DNA of 34,551 nucleotides from Verrucomicrobiota bacterium (lineage in GTDB: Bacteria; Verrucomicrobiota; Verrucomicrobiia; Opitutales; Opitutaceae). Where the stretch lies: positions 1-34,551 of the forward strand of contig JANMVS010000396.1 of the NCBI GenBank assembly GCA_031392885.1, read 5' to 3'. How positions within the stretch are numbered: position 1 is the first letter of the stretch; the number at the start of each line of letters is the position of its first letter. Position numbers and translations under genes: made by a program. The notes below the pieces were generated by a model. That model saw nothing but the letters and a program-made list of their open reading frames with translations, did no database searches and had not been told where the DNA came from. This document shows positions 15,391 to 25,300 of this stretch, piece by piece.

Positions 15391-18195
15391 ATGATAACCA
15401 TGACCCCCATACGATATCGATTCGCGCTGGCATTTTTGCTGGCGCTGGGCCTGCAGGCCCAATTACCAGCCCAAACCGCCCCGGCCCCGGCCCCGGCCAC
15501 CGGCAAACCCGAAGAGGAGAAGCTGCTCGTTCTGGAAACGTTCAGGGTCAACACGGAGAAGGACACCGGCTACATCGCCGTCGATTCGCTAGCGGGCGGC
15601 CGACAGGCGTCGCCGATTCGCGTGACGCCGGCTCCGATGTCGTCGATCACCGGTCAGTTCATCAATGATCTGGCCCTGACCAACGTCCAGGACGTCCTGA
15701 AGTGGTCGCTCAGCACCGTGCCTACCTCGGACCGCAGCGGCTTCAACGGCGGCTCGGGAGGCGGGGTTTTCAACTTCTGGTCGATCAGCACCCGGGGCGG
15801 CCAAAGCGTCCAGGGCGGCAATCCGCCGACGAAGAACTATTTCCCACTCTTCGTGATCTCGGACACCTACAATGTTGATCGTATCGAATTCGACCAGGGA
15901 CCGAATTCCATTCTGTTCGGCATCGGCGACATTGGGGGTGCCGTCAGCAGCTATACGAAGACGGCGCGGTTCGACAAGAACTTCGACAACTTCAACCTCA
16001 GCTTCAACAATTACGGCGGCTACCGGGGCACGATCGACTTGAACGAGTCCATAGGCAATCTCGCCGTCCGCGTGAACGCAGTGATGGCGGATGAGAAGGG
16101 CTGGCGCGACGGCGACTTCCACAAGAAGCTGGGCGCGACGCTCGCCGCCGACTGGAAGTTCAACCATGAGAATTCGCACCTGCGCTTCGAAATCGAGGGC
16201 TGGAAGGAAAAGAAGGCGATCTTCGGCGCGAGCTACCAGGACAATTTCTCCCTCTGGAACGGAACGACCAGCGCCGCCACTTGGGGCGCGGCCATTACCA
16301 ATCAAGGGGACAACCCGAAAACCAACCCCGGCGCACCGGGCGTGACGGGCATGTCGGACTGGGGCCTGAGCCCCTACAACGTCATCGTCGCCGGCTCCAA
16401 CCTGGGCGTGATGAACTGGGCCGGTGGCGTGCGCTCCATGGGCACGAACAACATTGCCTGGGGCGCCTATCTGCGGCCGGAATCCTTCGCCTACTCGCCG
16501 ACCGGCGGCACGATCATCAAGGCGCTGCCGAGCCGGGCGTTCACGGTCTCCCCGAGCGACGGTTATGTGCAGCCCGAGGATATCAACATGACGCTGACCT
16601 ACGACCAGCGGGTCAATGAAAACGTCGATTTCCAGGTTTCGGGTTACCGCTACGTCGACAATGCCTACTCGATCAACTTCGAGGGCGCGTCCAGCGGTTC
16701 CTACGATCTCAACAAGCAGATGCCCAACGGCTCGACCAACCCGAACTTCGGCAAACTGTACTCCGATTTCTTCCTCGATAAGCAGGTGCAGAACCACTGG
16801 GTGAACGAGGTCCGCGGCCAGGTCTCGTATCATTTCGATACGAAGTTGTGGAACGTTCCCTTGAAGCAGGTGTTCAGCCTCTCCGCCGGCGAACAGGTGA
16901 CCGAGTATGACGCCCGTCAGTACAACGCCCTGAACACCGCCATCAACCCGACCGACTGGGCCCAGGGCCTGGTCTGGGGGCGCGTTTATTGGGACAACGC
17001 GCAGGCGGCCTTCAATGTGCCCGCCACGGTCAAATACGCCCCGTTGCCGTTCAACTGGTACGACTTCAATTCGAAGCAGACGATCAAATACGGCGCGGCT
17101 TACTCGCAGTCCCGCCTCTGGGACGACCGCCTGAACATCACCCTCGGCGCCCGGCGCGACTCCTACGATGTCAGCAAGGTCGGCTTGCGCGGCCCGAGCA
17201 ATGTTCCGGTGATCGGCAGCGGAGCCGGCAACACCTACTCCGCCGGTGCTGTGGGCTACATCACGGAATGGCTCGGGGTGTTCGCCAATCTCTCCGACAA
17301 CTACCAGCCCGCCGCCGGCGGCCTGGCCCCCACCGTCTATGGTGATACGTTGGGCGCCTCATTTGGCAAGGGCCGGAATGCCGGCCTGCGCGTCTCCACC
17401 AAGGATGGCAAGTACTACGCCTCCCTGACGACGTACAAGGACACGGCCACCGACGTGATCGGCGGTGACAGTCCCGGATTCCAGGGCATTTGGGACGAGT
17501 ACTTCAAGGCCGGCGGCACCAAGACCAACATCGGCCCCGCCGGTCAGGTCACCGGCGCCGCAGGCAGCTACAAGGCGGCCATGCAATATGTCGACACGTA
17601 CGACGTGAAGTATACCGGGGTCGAGTTCGAGGTGACCGCCAATCCGACCAAGCACATTCGTTTGCAGCTGCACTATGCCGCGCCGAAGGGGGAAAGAACC
17701 AATAACGGCAAGAATGGCGTTCGCTACTTCAATGAACACCTGGCCGACTGGCAGGCCATTGCCAGCGGTAGCTCGACGGACGCCCAGAAACTGGCGTCGG
17801 ATCTCACCGCCGCCAAGAACAACCTCGCCAACTGGTCCGTGCCGACCCTCGCCGGGGCCGTGGTGAAGTCCATGTGGAACGCGTTTGCGACGTATAGCTT
17901 CACGGAAAACGCCCTGAAAGGGGTGGAGATCGGCTTCGGCGCGACCGAGACGGGCGCACGTCAGATCGACCAGACGAATCGGACGACCGCCTACACCACG
18001 GAATCCCTGCTCTTGGGCTATTCCATGAAGGTTAACAAGTGGGACCATAAGGGGAATGTCCGCATCCAGCTCAACGTGGACAATCTGTTCGGGAACAAGA
18101 CGCTGGTCTTCCAAAACTACAACGGGGCCCAACCCATGGACTACAACTTCATTCCGGCGCGGAAGCTGACCCTGACCGCGCGATTTGAGTTCTAA
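15391..18195 (+). CDS. TonB-dependent outer-membrane receptor
   Basis: Signal peptide; TonB-box-like LETFRVN; plug motif NVDRIEFDQGPNSILFGIGDIGG; amphipathic beta-strands; C-terminal LNVDNLF...LTARFEF ending in Phe. Start 15391 or 15400. Confidence 0.92.
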   Translation: MITMTPIRYRFALAFLLALGLQAQLPAQTAPAPAPATGKPEEEKLLVLETFRVNTEKDTGYIAVDSLAGGRQASPIRVTPAPMSSITGQFINDLALTNVQDVLKWSLSTVPTSDRSGFNGGSGGGVFNFWSISTRGGQSVQGGNPPTKNYFPLFVISDTYNVDRIEFDQGPNSILFGIGDIGGAVSSYTKTARFDKNFDNFNLSFNNYGGYRGTIDLNESIGNLAVRVNAVMADEKGWRDGDFHKKLGATLAADWKFNHENSHLRFEIEGWKEKKAIFGASYQDNFSLWNGTTSAATWGAAITNQGDNPKTNPGAPGVTGMSDWGLSPYNVIVAGSNLGVMNWAGGVRSMGTNNIAWGAYLRPESFAYSPTGGTIIKALPSRAFTVSPSDGYVQPEDINMTLTYDQRVNENVDFQVSGYRYVDNAYSINFEGASSGSYDLNKQMPNGSTNPNFGKLYSDFFLDKQVQNHWVNEVRGQVSYHFDTKLWNVPLKQVFSLSAGEQVTEYDARQYNALNTAINPTDWAQGLVWGRVYWDNAQAAFNVPATVKYAPLPFNWYDFNSKQTIKYGAAYSQSRLWDDRLNITLGARRDSYDVSKVGLRGPSNVPVIGSGAGNTYSAGAVGYITEWLGVFANLSDNYQPAAGGLAPTVYGDTLGASFGKGRNAGLRVSTKDGKYYASLTTYKDTATDVIGGDSPGFQGIWDEYFKAGGTKTNIGPAGQVTGAAGSYKAAMQYVDTYDVKYTGVEFEVTANPTKHIRLQLHYAAPKGERTNNGKNGVRYFNEHLADWQAIASGSSTDAQKLASDLTAAKNNLANWSVPTLAGAVVKSMWNAFATYSFTENALKGVEIGFGATETGARQIDQTNRTTAYTTESLLLGYSMKVNKWDHKGNVRIQLNVDNLFGNKTLVFQNYNGAQPMDYNFIPARKLTLTARFEF

Positions 18196-18254
18196 GCCTG
18201 CACTCCCGCCAGGCTCACCGGTCCGATCCCGGTCCTGGCTGTTTGGGTTTCCTC

Positions 18255-18280
18255 TCCACCGGTCGTGTCCGGCCGGTGGA
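18255..18280 (+). terminator. GC-rich hairpin after the TonB-dependent receptor (weak terminator or mRNA-stabilising stem)
   Basis: TCCACCGGTCG-TGTC-CGGCCGGTGGA, 11-bp stem with one G-U pair, followed by only TTT. Confidence 0.5.
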
Positions 18281-18403
18281 TTTGGGAACGACTGCGACTA
18301 ATCACTGCTTCAATCCGGACGCTTTTCACTTTCGCCCCACCGTCCCAGGCGCCCGCTGCGCCGCAACCTTTCCCCCCGGAAAGCACTCACCATAAGCACC
18401 AGC

Positions 18404-21400
18404 TTGCTTACCTCTCTGCCGCTGAAAATCGCGGCCGCCGCTGATTTTGGGCTGATGGAACTGACATCCGCGTCGGGTCTGCGCGTCCAGTTGCTGCCGA
18501 CCGGTGCGCTCTTCGCACTGCGGCACGAAGGCACATTGCTCAACCAATTCCTGCCCGGTCCGGCCGAGGACGGCCTGTTCCGGTTGCTCCTGCGCTGGCA
18601 ATCCCCCGCGGGACCCCACGGCTGGGCGCCGCTCGTCGGGCCGACGGTCGCCTTCACCCGGACCGGGCCGTCGGCTGCCACTTGGTCGACCACCATTGCG
18701 GCCGGGCTCAGTTGCACCACGGTCCTGCAGCTTCATCCCGAACACACCGCCTGGGCATGGTGCGTGACCGTGCGCAACACCGGCCCGACCGCGCAGCGCG
18801 TAGATGTTCTCCATGCGCAGGACCTCGGTCTTGCCAACGAAGGCGCCGTGCGCAACAACGAGGCCTACACTTCCCAGTACATCGATCTCCTCCCCTTCGC
18901 CGATGCCGCACTCGGCTGGGTCATCCTCGCCCGCCAGAATCAGGCTATGGCGGGCGGCCGTTTCCCTTGGCTCGCGCTGGCCTGCGCCCAGGGCGCCGCC
19001 GGCTTCTGCACCGACGGTGCGCAGTTTTTCGGCGCCGACCACCGGTTCACCGGCGAGCCCGCCGCCGTCCGCGAACCCGCGCTGCCTTCGCGCCGCTTGC
19101 AATCCGAGTGTGCCCTCGGCGGCCTGCAGAGCCGCGCGGTCGACCTCGCGCCCGGTGCGACGATCGAGTTTGTCTTTGTCGCCCGTTTCCTGCCCGACCA
19201 CCCGGCGGCATCCGGCCCGGCCGACCTCGCGGCACTGCATGAGCTGATCCCGACGAATTGGATCGGCGTTGAAGCCGCGAAAGCGGAGCGCGCTGACTCC
19301 AACGCGCCGGGAGCCGCGGTTGCCCGGACAAGCGCGTTGGGGTCAACGCGCTCCACCCCGCCGCCCACTTCGGTTTTCCTTCGCACGAACTGGCAGCACG
19401 GCGACGCGCCCAGCGAGGCCGATTGGACGGCTTGGTTTCCCGGCGGACGCCGCCACGAGGAACGCGACGCGACCGGCCGGCTCCACTCGTTTTTTCACGG
19501 GGAGGACACCCATGTTGTCGCCCGCGAAAAGGAGGCCGGCATCGCCCGGCCGCACGGCCACATCCTCCGGACCGGCACATCGCAGTGGATCGACGACGAG
19601 CAATTCGGTCTCACCTGCTACGCGGCCGGCATCTTCGGCGCTCAGGTTTACTTCAGCCATCCGGGCTTCACCCGCCTGCTGTCGGTCGTCCGGAACGCGT
19701 TAAATGTCGGTCGCGCCTCCGGCCAGCGTGTTTTCCTGCGGCGGGGCGGCGAATGGCGCCAGCTTGGCATTCCTTCCGCGTTTGTCCTGAAGCCCGGCGA
19801 GGTGCGCTGGATCTACCGCCTCGGCGCGGGCGAAATCATCGAGGCGCGGGTGTGGTGCGCGCGCGCGCAGCCCGTGTCTTTCCTTGAGTTGCACGTCGTG
19901 GCGGGTGCGCCCTGGGAATTTCTCATCACCCATCAACTGGTGCTGGGCGCCACCGAGTTCGAACACGCCGGCAAAGCCGAGGTGCTGGCCGAAGCGGGCT
20001 GGATCGGTTTTCAGGCGAACGCCCGGAGCCTGATGGGGCAGCATCAACCAGATGCGTGCTTCGCGCTCGCGGCGGCCGACGCCGGTTCGCTCGCGGCCTT
20101 GGGTGGAGACGGCCCGCTCTATGCGGACGAAGCTGAACGCGGTGGTCCGTATGCGACGCTGCGCACGATTTCGGTCATGCGCTGCGGCGTGATCATGCTC
20201 GGGACCCACGCTGGCGCCGCAGCGCTCCCGGTGGCGGTGGCGGCGGCACGGGCGGAGTACGCCGCGAAGGGTCCGGGTGCCCGCCCGCCGCTTGCGCCCC
20301 TGCGCCTGCGGTCCGGCCGCGATCCGGGTATCGCCCGGATCAATGAGGTGCTGCCATGGTACGCGCACAACGCCAGTATTCACTTCTCGGCGCCCCACGG
20401 TCTGGAGCAATACGGCGGTGCGGCCTGGGGCGTGCGTGATGTCTGCCAGGGCTCGGTCGAATGGCTCCTCGCGGCGGGCGAATTCGCGGTGATCAAGCGT
20501 ATCCTCCTGGCGGTTTTCTCCCAGCAGTATGCCCCCGCCGACTCCGGCGGTGGCGCTCACGATGACAGTGTCGCCGGCAGCTGGCCGCAGTGGTTCATGC
20601 ATCCGCCGTTCCGCTTCATCCAGCAGGCGCACAGCCACGGCGATGTCTGCTTCTGGCCGGTAAAGGCCTTGTGCGACTACGTCGAGGCCAGCAACGATCT
20701 CGCGTTTCTATCCACCGCCGTCGGCTACACTGATTCCGAAAAATTCGTGTCGATCGGGCCGGCCGAGACGCTGTGGGCGCATTGCGACCGGGTGATCACA
20801 TTGTGCGAGGCGCGCTTCGTGCCGGGCACGGCGCTGGTCAATTACGGCGACGGAGACTGGGATGACACGCTGCAGCCGGCCGATCCGGCGATGCGCACGC
20901 GGATGGTCAGTGCGTGGACGGTTGCGCTTGCCTTCCATACTTTCCGGCAGCTGGCCGCAGTCTGCCTTCGCGCGGGGGAACCTGTCCGGGCCACGCGTCT
21001 CGACATGCTGCTCGCGCGGATGCGGACCGATTTTTTCGCCCGCCTGATGCCGGGCGGCGTGGTCGCAGGTTTCCTGGTGACCGAGCCCGATGGCCGGACC
21101 CGGCCCCTGCTGCACCCGAACGATGAAGTTACGGGCATCCACTACCGGCTGCTACCCATGACGCGGTCGATGCTGGCCGAACTCTTCACCCCGGCGGAAG
21201 CGAAGCATCACCTGCAAATCATCGACCGCGAGCTGTCCTTTCCCGACGGGGTGCGACTGATGAACCGCCCGGCGGTCTACCAGGGCGGCCGCGAACGCTT
21301 CTTCAAGCGCGCTGACACCGCCGCCAACGTCGGGCGCGAGATCGGCCTGCATTACGTGCACGCCAACCTGCGCTACCTCGAGGCTCTGGCCAAGGTCGGC

Positions 21401-21928
21401 GAGGCGGAAAAACTCTGGGCGGAACTGCAGCGGTTGAACCCGGTGGCTTTGCGTGAATCCGTGCCCACGGCGGCGGCGCGCCAGAGCAATGTCTATTTTT
21501 CCAGTTCCGACGCCGATTTCGCCGACCGCTACGAGGCGGCGGACCGCTGGGAGGAACTGCGTCAAGGCAAGGTGGCGGTGCGCGGCGGCTGGCGGCTCTA
21601 TTCAAGCGGACCCGGGCTGTTTCTCCACCTGATTCGGGCCCGCCTCCTCGGCGTCCGCGAATCCTTTGGTGACATCATTTTCGACCCCGTGCTGCCCCGC
21701 AGCCTCGATGGGTTGGTGGCGGATGTTACCCTTTGCGGACGTCCGGTCACTCTGACATTTCGCGTCCTCTCGTCCTCGCATTCACCCGCATTTATTACGG
21801 TGAATGGCCGGAGGCTAGATGGTCAGACGGAGGCGAATCCTTACCGGACGGGTGGCTTGCGGGTGGCGGCCGCCCAGCTCGCCGGGCTTCTCACGGCCGG
21901 ATCCAATCGGATCGAAATCAAGCTCTAG
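18404..21928 (+). CDS. GH94 1,2-beta-oligoglucan phosphorylase (SOGP-like)
   Basis: About 1150 aa with no signal peptide; NEAYTSQYID, PHGLEQYGGAAWGVRDVCQG, WPQWFM, HSHGDV, YGDGDWDDTLQPA, NVGREIGLHYVHA, WRLYSSGPG, which I recognise as typical of Listeria Lin1839-type SOGP. Start TTG 18404 or ATG 18455. Confidence 0.85.
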   Translation: MLTSLPLKIAAAADFGLMELTSASGLRVQLLPTGALFALRHEGTLLNQFLPGPAEDGLFRLLLRWQSPAGPHGWAPLVGPTVAFTRTGPSAATWSTTIAAGLSCTTVLQLHPEHTAWAWCVTVRNTGPTAQRVDVLHAQDLGLANEGAVRNNEAYTSQYIDLLPFADAALGWVILARQNQAMAGGRFPWLALACAQGAAGFCTDGAQFFGADHRFTGEPAAVREPALPSRRLQSECALGGLQSRAVDLAPGATIEFVFVARFLPDHPAASGPADLAALHELIPTNWIGVEAAKAERADSNAPGAAVARTSALGSTRSTPPPTSVFLRTNWQHGDAPSEADWTAWFPGGRRHEERDATGRLHSFFHGEDTHVVAREKEAGIARPHGHILRTGTSQWIDDEQFGLTCYAAGIFGAQVYFSHPGFTRLLSVVRNALNVGRASGQRVFLRRGGEWRQLGIPSAFVLKPGEVRWIYRLGAGEIIEARVWCARAQPVSFLELHVVAGAPWEFLITHQLVLGATEFEHAGKAEVLAEAGWIGFQANARSLMGQHQPDACFALAAADAGSLAALGGDGPLYADEAERGGPYATLRTISVMRCGVIMLGTHAGAAALPVAVAAARAEYAAKGPGARPPLAPLRLRSGRDPGIARINEVLPWYAHNASIHFSAPHGLEQYGGAAWGVRDVCQGSVEWLLAAGEFAVIKRILLAVFSQQYAPADSGGGAHDDSVAGSWPQWFMHPPFRFIQQAHSHGDVCFWPVKALCDYVEASNDLAFLSTAVGYTDSEKFVSIGPAETLWAHCDRVITLCEARFVPGTALVNYGDGDWDDTLQPADPAMRTRMVSAWTVALAFHTFRQLAAVCLRAGEPVRATRLDMLLARMRTDFFARLMPGGVVAGFLVTEPDGRTRPLLHPNDEVTGIHYRLLPMTRSMLAELFTPAEAKHHLQIIDRELSFPDGVRLMNRPAVYQGGRERFFKRADTAANVGREIGLHYVHANLRYLEALAKVGEAEKLWAELQRLNPVALRESVPTAAARQSNVYFSSSDADFADRYEAADRWEELRQGKVAVRGGWRLYSSGPGLFLHLIRARLLGVRESFGDIIFDPVLPRSLDGLVADVTLCGRPVTLTFRVLSSSHSPAFITVNGRRLDGQTEANPYRTGGLRVAAAQLAGLLTAGSNRIEIKL
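19283..19356. repeat. GTGG-type REP doublet in frame in the GH94 gene
   Basis: GCGGAGCGCGCTGACTCCAACGCGC vs GCGCGTTGGGGTCAACGCGCTCCAC, 22/25 inverted identity; encodes AERADSNAPGAAVARTSALGSTRST. Confidence 0.85.
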
Positions 21929-22077
21929 CCTGACAAGCTCGGCGTTATGAGAATCGACCAACCGCTCGACCCGGCCCAAGTTTCCCTAACCAGGCCGCGA
22001 CCGGCCGCCGCCTCGTCCTTGCCACCGCTCGGGTGCTTTCGCGGTAGACAGAAAAATTTTAATGAATTGGAACTGCC

Positions 22078-22294
22078 CTAGCCCGGATATTTCACCCTCT
22101 GCTCGCAACCGAAACCACACCCTGTGCCAAATCTTTTTCCGCATTCACGGCTGCTCGGGATATCCGGGCTAAGCCAACCCCGACAAGCCGGGGTTGTTTC
22201 AGCCCGCATGACCGGCCAAGTCCCGGACCCACGCGGGCTGAGCGTCGTCGCGCACCGCAAAAATTTCGCGACAAGTGTGAAATATGCGGGCTAG
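22078..22294. mobile_element. MITE copy 1 (217 bp including both CTAG)
   Basis: Ends CTAGCCCGGATATTTCAC ... GTGAAATATGCGGGCTAG (17/18 inverted); no transposase; near-identical second copy at 29462-29609. Confidence 0.85.
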
Positions 22295-22340
22295 GTGTAA
22301 CCGCGAAACCCTTCCGCGAACCAACCCCATCTTCCGCCCT

Positions 22341-25300
22341 ATGTTCGCGCACCCGGGCATTCTGTATCCTAGGCGATTATTCCATGGTCTCGGCCTGGGC
22401 CTGATGGCCGCCATGGGAGTCTGTGCCGGGCTGGCGACCGCCGGGGAGGGGACGACTGATCCGCCTTCTGTGCCGTTGGCGGTCCGGTCCGGTCCGCGCG
22501 GTCCGACCCTCTTTACGACTTTGCCGTCAGAGCAGACCGGCCTGAAGGCCGGCAATGCCTACGACGATCCGGCGATGTGGCGGCAACTTTACCACGAATT
22601 CAACAGTGGCGCGATCGGCACCGGCGTTGCCATCGGCGATTTCGATGGTGACGGCCGGCCGGATGTTTTTGTGGTGAGCAAGACGGGTCCGAACCATCTC
22701 TTTCGCAATCTCGGCGGCTTCCGCTTCGAGGATGTCACGGTGCGGGCTGGCGTCGCCGGGCCGGCGGGCGCGTGGAAGCAAGGTGCGGCCTTTGCGGACG
22801 TGAACAATGACGGCTGGCTCGATATCTATGTCTGCCGTTTTGGCGCGCCGAATCTCCTCTACGTCAATCAGGGCGACGGCACTTTCCGCGAAGAGGCCGC
22901 CGCCCGCGGCCTGGCGCTCGTCGACGCCTCCAATATGGCGGCATTTTGCGACTACGATCGCGACGGCTGGCTCGACGTCTATATTCAGACCAACCTGCTG
23001 GACGCCGCCCGCCGCCCGAACGGCCAGCGGGACCATTTGTTGCACAACAACCGTGACGGAACCTTCACGGAGGTCACCAATGCCGCCGGGATCGCGGGAG
23101 AGACGCAGGGACATTCCGCCACCTGGTGGGATTTTGATGAGGATGGCTGGCCCGATCTCTATGTCGCGAATGACTTCGCCCAGCCCGATCAACTCTACCG
23201 CAACAACCGCAACGGCACCTTCACCAATGTGCTCTCTCTTGTCGTTCCGCATACGCCGCACTTCTCGATGGGCGCCGATCTGGGCGACCTGAATAATGAC
23301 GGCCATCTCGACCTGCTCGTCGCCGACATGGCGGCCACCACGCGCTACAAGGATCATCGGGGCATGGCGACGCTCAGGAGTGCCTTGCCGGAGGACGAGC
23401 AGCATCCCCAAGCCGCACCCCAGTACATGCAGAGTGCCCTTTTCCTCGGCACCGGCGCCGGACGGGTGCTCGAGGCCGCGCACCTGGCCGGCTTGCAGGC
23501 GACCGACTGGACTTTTGGCGTCCGATTCGAAGACCTCGATCTGGACGGCCGGCTCGACGTTTATTTCACCAACGGCATGGCGCGCGAATTCAGCAACTCC
23601 GACCTTGTGCAACAGTCCATGACCGCCGGCAGCCTGGCCGAGCGCAGCCGGATCATGAGGCTGAGTCCGACGCTGGCCGAGCGGCACCTGGCCTTTCGCA
23701 ACCTCGGTGACCTGCGGTTTGAAAACGTCAGTGCGGCGTGGGGCCTCGATCACCTCGGGGTCGGCTTTGGCGCGGCCTTCGGCGATCTCGATGGCGATGG
23801 TGACCTCGACCTCGTTTTCGCCAGCTATGACGGTGAACTCACCGTTTGCCGCAACGACGCCGATTCCGGCCATGCGGTCGTGTTCGATCTGCGTGGCACC
23901 GCCTCCAATCGCTTCGGGATCGGCGCCACCGTCCGGATCGAGACCGCCGACGGCCGGCAGATGCGCACCCTCACGCTCGCCCGCGGCTATCTCTCCACGA
24001 GCGAACCCATCGTGCACTTTGGCCTCGGCCCCCAGACGGTCATTCAGCGCCTGACCGTCGAGTGGCCCAGCGGCCGCCGGCAGACATTCCACGACCTCGC
24101 CGCCGACCGGCGCTACACCCTCACGGAACCCGCGGAAGATCCGGCCGGGTCACTGCCGGTGCGGCCCACGCCGATGTTCACCGAGGCCGGCGCGGCGGCG
24201 AATCTCGATCTCCCCAATCACGAGCTGCCGCGGGATGAATTGAGGCAGCAGCCGCTGCTGCCTTTCCGCTTTAACCGGCCCGGCCCCGCGGTCGCTTGCG
24301 CGGATTTTGATGGCGATGGCGAGGACGATCTCGCCCTGGGCGGGGTGTCGGGTGAGTCGGGCCACCTGCTGTCCAATCTCGGCGGCGGCCAGTTTCTCAC
24401 TTATGGCGCGAACGTGTTTGGGGAAAATGCCAGTGTGGCCGACGGGCCGATCCTCGCCCTGGATGTCGATGCCGACGGCGACCTTGACCTGCTGGTGACC
24501 AAGGCCGGTGTCGCGGTGCCGGCGGACGATCCGGCTTACCAGCCGCACCTATGGCTCAATGACGGCCGCGGCCGGTTCGCGCCGGCCCCGGTCGGGATGC
24601 TGCCCGCGCTGCCGATCAGCGTGGGCGCGGTGGCCGCCGCCGACTTCGAGCACACCGGCCGGATCGGGATTTTCATCGGCGGTCGCATTGTGCCGGGCCG
24701 ATACCCGCAACCCCCGCGCAGCGTGCTGCTGGCGTGGCGCGACGGACGTTACGCCGATGTGACTGCGGAATTCGCCCCCGCGCTCACCGCGCGAGGCATG
24801 GTCACGGCCGCGCTTTGGAGTGATGTGGACGGCGACGGCTGGCCCGATCTGCTGGTCGCGTATGATTGGGGTCCCGTCGGGTGCTATCGCAATGTGAACG
24901 GAAAACATTTCGAGGACGTGACCGAAAAACTCGGCTTCGCCTCCGCTGGCACCGGCTGGTGGCGCTCGCTTGCTGCCGCCGACTTCAACGGCGACGGCCG
25001 CCCGGATTATGTGGTGGGCAACATCGGACTCAACACCCGCTATCACGCCACCACCGCCGAGCCGGCGGTACTCTACGCCCATGTGGCGCTCATCGGCGCT
25101 GCACCTCAGCTCGTTGAGGCGCAGGCTGAAGGTGGCAAATGGTATCCGCTGCGCCCCCGCGACATGCTGGTGCGGGTTTTCCCTTCACTGCTGCGCCGCT
25201 TCCCGACGGCCGAATCTTACGCGAAGGCCACGCTGGAGGAGGTGTTTCCTGCGGCGACGCTGGCGACCGCCGCCAAGTTGGTGGCGACCGAATTGCAGAG

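Noticed and set aside
18404-21928. Cellobiose phosphorylase or cyclic beta-1,2-glucan synthase annotation
   Set aside because: No transmembrane or GT84 region; length, motifs and the GH144 context fit an SOGP-type GH94 better.
22284-22340. N-terminal extension of the FG-GAP protein from ATG 22284 (and the ORF from ATG 29599)
   Set aside because: Both ATGs lie in the MITE terminal repeat; the signal-like sequence starts at 22341 and the 29599 ORF is out of frame with GH144-B.
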